DNA of 64,000 nucleotides from a virus. The notes beneath the pieces are model-generated. The model was given only the letters and a program-made list of their open reading frames with translations, was not told the DNA's origin and searched no databases. Positions 59,814-64,000 of the stretch are shown in pieces; within the stretch, counting starts at the first letter, position 1, and each line of letters starts with the position of its first letter. The stretch covers positions 12,049-76,048 of IMG/VR virus record IMGVR_UViG_3300028840_005153, one strand, 5' to 3'. A program made the translations under genes and the position numbers.

Positions 59814-60053
59814 ATGCCGCGTTTCGATGATGATATAAATGGTTGTGAAGTAATTAAAGGAAACCGTGAAGGCCCGATAGAAAAGTCTTCGGATTCATGG
59901 GTTCCTATTTCTGTCGCGGCATTTCTTTTTGGCTATAGTCGCGTGACCGTTTTTAATCTTCTGAAGACAAAGAAAATCAGGGGATTAAAATACCCATCGA
60001 GCCCAATTTTGGTGAATTTGGAAGATGTTGCCGCCCTAATCCTTTCTAAATAG
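59814..60053 (+). CDS. Small HTH DNA-binding protein
   Basis: AAFLFGYSRVTVFNLL...KI. Confidence 0.6.
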   Translation: MPRFDDDINGCEVIKGNREGPIEKSSDSWVPISVAAFLFGYSRVTVFNLLKTKKIRGLKYPSSPILVNLEDVAALILSK

Positions 60054-60133
60054 GCCTCCACAAGTATTCTTTCCGTAATCCCCTATATTTAAAGCGTTTA
60101 CAGCCCACCGTATCATAGCCTTTTTTTAGCCGT

Positions 60134-60157
60134 TTTTATGCGCATATGCGCATAAAA
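60134..60157. repeat. Perfect 24-bp palindrome TTTTATGCGCATATGCGCATAAAA
   Basis: Read directly; lies in a T-tract-rich non-coding region. Confidence 0.9.
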
Positions 60158-60312
60158 GGCATTTTTTAGCCTAAAATTCCATTTTTTTTGCCTAAATATC
60201 CATTTTTTTGGATATTGGGTTTTTTGCTGTAAAAATAGGCATTTACAGCCTGATGGCATATACCGTAAACGCCATAAATGCCTTAAATAACAATAAATAG
60301 TGCCGATTTTGC

Positions 60313-60341
60313 TTGTAAAACCCTATAGCCTTTAATATTAT
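60313..60341 (+). promoter_or_regulatory. Sigma70-type promoter (TTGTAA-17 bp-TATTAT) for leader and putative early operon
   Basis: -35 at 60313-60318, -10 at 60336-60341, 17-bp spacer, AT-rich upstream. Confidence 0.6.
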
Positions 60342-60364
60342 TTAGTTGGTTCTTTTAAATAGCT

Positions 60365-60948
60365 TTAAGGGTAAACGGCAAGGGCAGCGTTAAACGGCTC
60401 CCGGCTCCGGCGGTCAAACAGTAAAACCAAAGGGCAAAAGTCGGGCGCAATATAGCAAAGCCTACCCTTAATAAAATGCTCCTCCAAAACATGCCTTGAG
60501 AAGAGTAACTGCCAAACGTAGCTAATTTGGCTCCTTGACAAATAAAGAAAAGAGAAAAAGTAAATGGCTTCCATAGCGTTTACCTTTTGGTGCTTTTGCA
60601 CTTGCGCATCGGGGAGGACCGCGATGGCAATACTTTTCTTTCCACAGGACCCCAATTCTCTCCTCCAACTTTAGCAAGTTACTTGCTAAGGATTCCACGT
60701 TCACCACGTGGTGAGGATATGGCTCCTGGCAATTTCTACTTTCCTTATCAGCAATAAAAATCCACGGAGAAAAATTTACCCGAAATGAACCAATGGTTTG
60801 AAGACGTCGAGTAAAACCATTCGGGATCCAATATAGGTGCGGGTCTATATTACGGCCGTCGATAGGCAAGTTACTTGCCTTCGTAGAAGTCAGGCTCGTG
60901 GGAAGTAGAATAGCAAATCCTCCTTTAAGACGTGGCTTCGGCCACGTC
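60365..60948 (+). ncRNA. Putative long structured leader or ncRNA
   Basis: No credible + strand ORF; many complementary segments (see findings). Confidence 0.5.
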
Positions 60949-60951
60949 AAA

Positions 60952-61020
60952 GATCGAAACCGGGAAAGTTTCTTTCCCGGTCTATCCATGGTGGTGCATG
61001 GGTACTGATGAAGATCAGCC
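60952..61020 (+). ncRNA. Type II hammerhead ribozyme HH1 (predicted cleavage after 60982)
   Basis: GATC-GAAA-C[CGGGAAAG/CTTTCCCG]GTC[TATCCATG-GTGGTG-CATGGGTA]CTGATGA-A-GATC. Confidence 0.88.
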
Positions 61021-61047
61021 AATTATCTTTCAAAAGGAGGAGTAAAA

Positions 61048-61452
61048 ATGACGAAGCGAAGCGAAGCGTGGAGCGGCATGAATTGGATAAGGCAAGAAAA
61101 AAGACTTGCGATATATCTTCGAGATGGATGCGCTTGTATGTATTGCGGATCTACTGTAGAAGATGGAGCAATCATTACTCTTGACCATATCAAACCACAT
61201 ATCAATGGCGGTAGTAATAGCGAAAGAAATTTGGTCACATGCTGCAAAAAATGCAATTCCTCTCGCGGAAATCGTAAGGTCGAAGACTTTGCGGCGGATG
61301 TTGCTAAATATATCAATCACGGTATCACGGCGGAAGATATATTGGCAACAATCAGAAGCAATACAAGAAAGTCCCTGAAAAAATTCAAAGCGGAAGCTAA
61401 AGAATTGATTTCAAGGCGTGGTTCCGCTGCTAAAGTATTAGCCAAAATTTAA
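61048..61452 (+). CDS. HNH endonuclease
   Basis: RDG..CMYCG, LDHIKP...GGSN...NLVTCC..CN. Confidence 0.9.
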   Translation: MTKRSEAWSGMNWIRQEKRLAIYLRDGCACMYCGSTVEDGAIITLDHIKPHINGGSNSERNLVTCCKKCNSSRGNRKVEDFAADVAKYINHGITAEDILATIRSNTRKSLKKFKAEAKELISRRGSAAKVLAKI

Positions 61453-61453
61453 A

Positions 61454-61525
61454 CCCGAAACGGGGGAAGTAATTACTTCCCCGTCGATAGTGGGTGGTGC
61501 CACTATCCTGATGATGGGAGCCATC
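61454..61525 (+). ncRNA. Type II hammerhead ribozyme HH2 (predicted cleavage after 61485)
   Basis: CCC-GAAA-C[GGGGGAAGT/ACTTCCCC]GTC[GATAGTGG-GTGGTG-CCACTATC]CTGATGA-T-GGG-A-GCCATC. Confidence 0.9.
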
Positions 61526-61562
61526 ACAGTTAAATAATCTTTTTTAAAAGGAGGAGTAAAAA

Positions 61563-61865
61563 ATGAAACATTTTAAAATCGAAGTCGTTTACGTTTCCTC
61601 TGGTCGGGCACTTCAAACCGTTTATGCCTTCGGCAAAAAACAAATGGTTGAAGCCGTCGAAGAAATTCTTCTGGAAATGAAGAATTACACTCCTAATCGT
61701 GTTATTTACTGCGAGACGGTCGACAAAGATTGGGAGTCAATTAAGGCGGAAGAAGTTTGGCAATATGAGAAGTCTTGCAAATGCTTTCGCAAACTTAACA
61801 AAAGCGAAATGCAGGACTGGCTCGATGCAAATGGTCAGTGTGAAAAAACCGGCGGATGGGCGTAA
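61563..61865 (+). CDS. Hypothetical putative early protein
   Basis: RBS AAAAGGAGG. Confidence 0.7.
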   Translation: MKHFKIEVVYVSSGRALQTVYAFGKKQMVEAVEEILLEMKNYTPNRVIYCETVDKDWESIKAEEVWQYEKSCKCFRKLNKSEMQDWLDANGQCEKTGGWA

Positions 61866-61896
61866 ATAAAATCGGGGTCGAAGCAATTCGACCCCA

Positions 61897-61965
61897 TTCG
61901 AAACGCGTCAAAGTAATTTGGCGCGTCGGTAGGAGGTGGTGCTCCTATCCTGACGAGAAGCCATC
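61897..61965 (+). ncRNA. Type II hammerhead ribozyme HH3 (predicted cleavage after 61927)
   Basis: TTC-GAAA-C[GCGTCAAA/TTTGGCGC]GTC[GGTAGGAG-GTGGTG-CTCCTATC]CTGACGA-GAA-GCCATC. Confidence 0.9.
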
Positions 61966-61994
61966 GCAGAAAATCTTTTAAAAGGAGGAGTAAA

Positions 61995-62282
61995 ATGAGA
62001 GAATTTACAAAAAATGACTGGTTGTGCTACGAAGGTTGTGAAAGCCAAATACCAATGATTGGCGAAGTAAAAGTAAATTTCAATGGTAAAATCTACGAAG
62101 GGGAAGTGGTCGTAGATGGGAGCCATGTTGAAATTTATACTTACCACAACGGAAGCGAAGATGCCTTATGGTATCAGATAACTTTTCCTTCGTATCTTTT
62201 TGCAATCAATGCAGCTATGCAATCAATCGAAAATAAAACCCTTTCAGATGCAATGCTCAAGGAAATGGGTTTTAAATCTTAA
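61995..62282 (+). CDS. Hypothetical putative early protein
   Basis: RBS AAAAGGAGG. Confidence 0.7.
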   Translation: MREFTKNDWLCYEGCESQIPMIGEVKVNFNGKIYEGEVVVDGSHVEIYTYHNGSEDALWYQITFPSYLFAINAAMQSIENKTLSDAMLKEMGFKS

Positions 62283-62283
62283 T

Positions 62284-62358
62284 TCCCGAAACGGCGGAAG
62301 ACTTTACTTTCCGCCGTCCACCGGAGGTGGTGCTTCGGTGCTGACGATGGGAGCCATC
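62284..62358 (+). ncRNA. Type II hammerhead ribozyme HH4 (predicted cleavage after 62318)
   Basis: TCCC-GAAA-C[GGCGGAAG/TTTCCGCC]GTC[CACCGGAG-GTGGTG-CTTCGGTG]CTGACGA-T-GGGA-GCCATC. Confidence 0.9.
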
Positions 62359-62388
62359 GTAGATAATCTTTTTAAAAGGAGGAGTAAA

Positions 62389-62574
62389 ATGAGTGATCTT
62401 AAATTACCGGAAGGCGGATCTTATTATTGCGCGGATTGCTATCGGAAATTTAAATCTTTGAACCATTTTAACCGATATCGCAGTCGTTGCGCTCCACTCC
62501 TTTTTGGGGTGGATGGTAGAAAACGTCTTACAGTTAAGAAGATCAACGGGATGTGGAAACTTGCTAAAAAGTAA
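62389..62574 (+). CDS. Small hypothetical putative early protein (61 aa, CxxC)
   Basis: ATG 62389 after AAAAGGAGG; YYCADC. Confidence 0.65.
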   Translation: MSDLKLPEGGSYYCADCYRKFKSLNHFNRYRSRCAPLLFGVDGRKRLTVKKINGMWKLAKK

Positions 62575-62575
62575 A

Positions 62576-62647
62576 TTCGAAACGGTCGAAGATATTACTT
62601 CGGCCGTCCACCGGAGGTGGTGCTTCGGTGCTGAAGAGATAGCCTTT
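62576..62647 (+). ncRNA. Type II hammerhead ribozyme HH5 (predicted cleavage after 62608; short stem II)
   Basis: TTC-GAAA-C[GGTCGAAG/CTTCGGCC]GTC[CACCGGAG-GTGGTG-CTTCGGTG]CTGAAGA-GAT-AGCC. Confidence 0.8.
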
Positions 62648-62674
62648 GGAAACAATTTTAAAAGGAGGAGAATT

Positions 62675-62947
62675 ATGCAAACTCAAGTCACAGTAGAATT
62701 GAGGACCAGGAGTGGCCGGAAAATTACTGAAGACAAAGTCGCTTGCATGGAACAGATAGGATTGGAAATTATCTTTTCCGGAGCCTTTAAATTTAGCGAT
62801 GATTCGGTTACAGTTTTCCGGGCGAAGAAAACTTTTTCCTCGGTCTTTAATGCTGAGCAGTTTTACTTTGAGGTCCATCGTTGCGGTGGCATTAGCAAGC
62901 GGATGCTCAAGGCGCTCGATTTTATCTACGAAGATGCTTGCATTTAA
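62675..62947 (+). CDS. Hypothetical putative early protein (90 aa)
   Basis: ATG 62675 after AAAAGGAGG. Confidence 0.65.
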   Translation: MQTQVTVELRTRSGRKITEDKVACMEQIGLEIIFSGAFKFSDDSVTVFRAKKTFSSVFNAEQFYFEVHRCGGISKRMLKALDFIYEDACI

Positions 62948-63019
62948 TTCGAAACGGGGGAAGTAATTACTTCCCCGTCGTCGCGAGGTGGTGCTCGTGG
63001 CCTGATGATGATAGCCATC
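62948..63019 (+). ncRNA. Type II hammerhead ribozyme HH6 (predicted cleavage after 62979; short stem II)
   Basis: TTC-GAAA-C[GGGGGAAGT/ACTTCCCC]GTC[GTCGCGAG-GTGGTG-CTCGTGGC]CTGATGA-T-GAT-AGCCATC. Confidence 0.82.
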
Positions 63020-63045
63020 AGAAACATTTTAAAAGGAGGAAAATT

Positions 63046-63387
63046 ATGAAAAGCGAAATGACGCAGGAAGCCTTGAAAAACGTAGTTTTGGCGAATGTCT
63101 ATGAGTGGTCAAGAAAAGAATTAAATTCATCCAATGTTAAACCAGTCAGCAAATGGGTGAAAGACTTTCTTTATAACCATTGGGAAAGGGTTCCTAAATT
63201 TCATAGTATCGAAGTATATGGCGATGATAAAAAGCATCTTCTTACCGAAGATTTTTCTATCAATTTTGCTGCCAAGCTCGAACGTGAAAAAATAACTCTT
63301 TTTATTCTCTTTGATATCATGGGACATTCTCTTCTCGTAAATACCGAGGGCTATAATTACTGTCGTTATACACGCCTTTTTTACTAA
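63046..63387 (+). CDS. Hypothetical putative early protein (113 aa)
   Basis: ATG 63046 after AAAAGGAGG; C-terminal VNTEGYNYCRY. Confidence 0.65.
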   Translation: MKSEMTQEALKNVVLANVYEWSRKELNSSNVKPVSKWVKDFLYNHWERVPKFHSIEVYGDDKKHLLTEDFSINFAAKLEREKITLFILFDIMGHSLLVNTEGYNYCRYTRLFY

Positions 63388-63458
63388 CCCGAAACGGGGA
63401 AGTAATTACTTCCCCGTCGGCAATAGGTGGTGCTATTGCCCTGATGATGGGAACCATC
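63388..63458 (+). ncRNA. Type II hammerhead ribozyme HH7 (predicted cleavage after 63418)
   Basis: CCC-GAAA-C[GGGGAAGT/ACTTCCCC]GTC[GGCAATAG-GTGGTG-CTATTGCC]CTGATGA-T-GGG-A-ACCATC. Confidence 0.9.
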
Positions 63459-63489
63459 GCAGATAATCTTTTTTAAAAGGAGGAGAATT

Positions 63490-63825
63490 ATGAGTGATCT
63501 TATTACTGCTGACAAGGCTGAAGACATTGCTACTGATCTTTATTCCTGGTCTCAAAGTGCCGTTGGTGACTTGGCAGGATGTGACGAAGTAATGGCAGAT
63601 GATTTTTGGGAAGATCCAAATGTAATGGGTGATCTTCTTGGAGATCGCATCTTCGATGCTTCGATATCTTTCGTACGTAAATATGACAAGTCGTTAAGCG
63701 GTAAGCCTTTTTTCAAAGTAGTAGATGAAATCTTCGTAGAAATTTGCAAGGCAATGCTCAGAAGATATAACGATCAGGCATTGGTCAAAGCAATGGATGT
63801 CCTCATTCAACGTCATAGTAATTAG
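63490..63825 (+). CDS. Acidic hypothetical putative early protein
   Basis: RBS AAAAGGAGG. Confidence 0.7.
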   Translation: MSDLITADKAEDIATDLYSWSQSAVGDLAGCDEVMADDFWEDPNVMGDLLGDRIFDASISFVRKYDKSLSGKPFFKVVDEIFVEICKAMLRRYNDQALVKAMDVLIQRHSN

Positions 63826-63839
63826 CAAAGGAGAAGATC

Positions 63840-64000
63840 ATGCTCGGTTACGCCTTAAAACTTAAATCGGGGAAATGGGCAACTGAAAGAAAAACTGGTG
63901 ATGCAGTTTGGTTCATTAATCGAGAGATCGCAGAATATGTTAATTGGCTTAAATTAAATGATGCAGCCGAAGTAGTAGAAGTAAGATTGGAAAGGGATTG
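63840..64000 (+). CDS. Hypothetical protein (runs off window end)
   Basis: ATG after AAGGAG; open to end of window. Confidence 0.5.
   Translation, partial: MLGYALKLKSGKWATERKTGDAVWFINREIAEYVNWLKLNDAAEVVEVRLERD

Noticed and set aside
60134-60157. Protelomerase (telRL) target
   Set aside because: The palindrome is short and no protelomerase gene is visible in the window; kept only as a generic cis site.
60365-61452. HEARO/IscB (OMEGA) system
   Set aside because: The HNH protein is only 134 aa, with no PLMP motif, RuvC segments or bridge helix.
62200-63045. Long N-terminal extensions of ORF-track calls 62200, 62504 and 62938
   Set aside because: They run through ribozyme sequence; the true starts follow AAAAGGAGG at 62389, 62675 and 63046.
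60952-63458. Intergenic repeats as a CRISPR array, attC sites or simple terminators
   Set aside because: Spacers are whole genes; no cas or integron integrase gene is seen; there is no U tract directly after the stems; the invariant bases are exactly the hammerhead core while the stems covary.
1-64000. tRNA genes and stop-codon recoding
   Set aside because: No cloverleaf with a T-loop motif was found by eye (tRNAscan-SE would be decisive). Genes are full length under the standard code and use all three stop codons.

Overview
About 64 kb of a large tailed dsDNA phage genome, AT-rich, with essentially all genes on the + strand and the standard genetic code. Modules in order: (1) replication, recombination and nucleotide metabolism, 0.1-28.5 kb: DnaB helicase, PCNA/gp45-like clamp with RFC-like loader, DnaE fused to a degenerate UDG-like domain, UvsY-like protein, SSB, RecA, 5'-3' exonuclease, resolvase, split SbcC plus SbcD, ThyX, dCMP deaminase. 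Interspersed are two radical SAM enzymes, a glycosyltransferase and sugar-nucleotide tailoring genes. (2) Packaging and morphogenesis, 29-57 kb: TerS-KTSC, TerL, portal-MuF fusion, HK97-type protease and capsid, and a probably non-contractile tail with a GT2-TPR glycosyltransferase inside the tail operon. (3) Lysis region, 57-60 kb. (4) A non-coding boundary with a 24-bp palindrome, a sigma70-type promoter and a ~600-nt structured leader, followed by a putative early operon. Main finding: seven type II hammerhead ribozyme motifs, one directly upstream of each of seven consecutive small genes (60952-63458), with invariant catalytic cores and covarying stems. These are predicted to cut the polycistronic transcript into monocistronic, possibly circularisable, mRNAs. 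A second pattern is a recurrent terminal (K/R)-x-I-(K/R)-R-R-K peptide on many replication proteins. All product calls come from motif recognition by eye; no database searches or folding programs were run.
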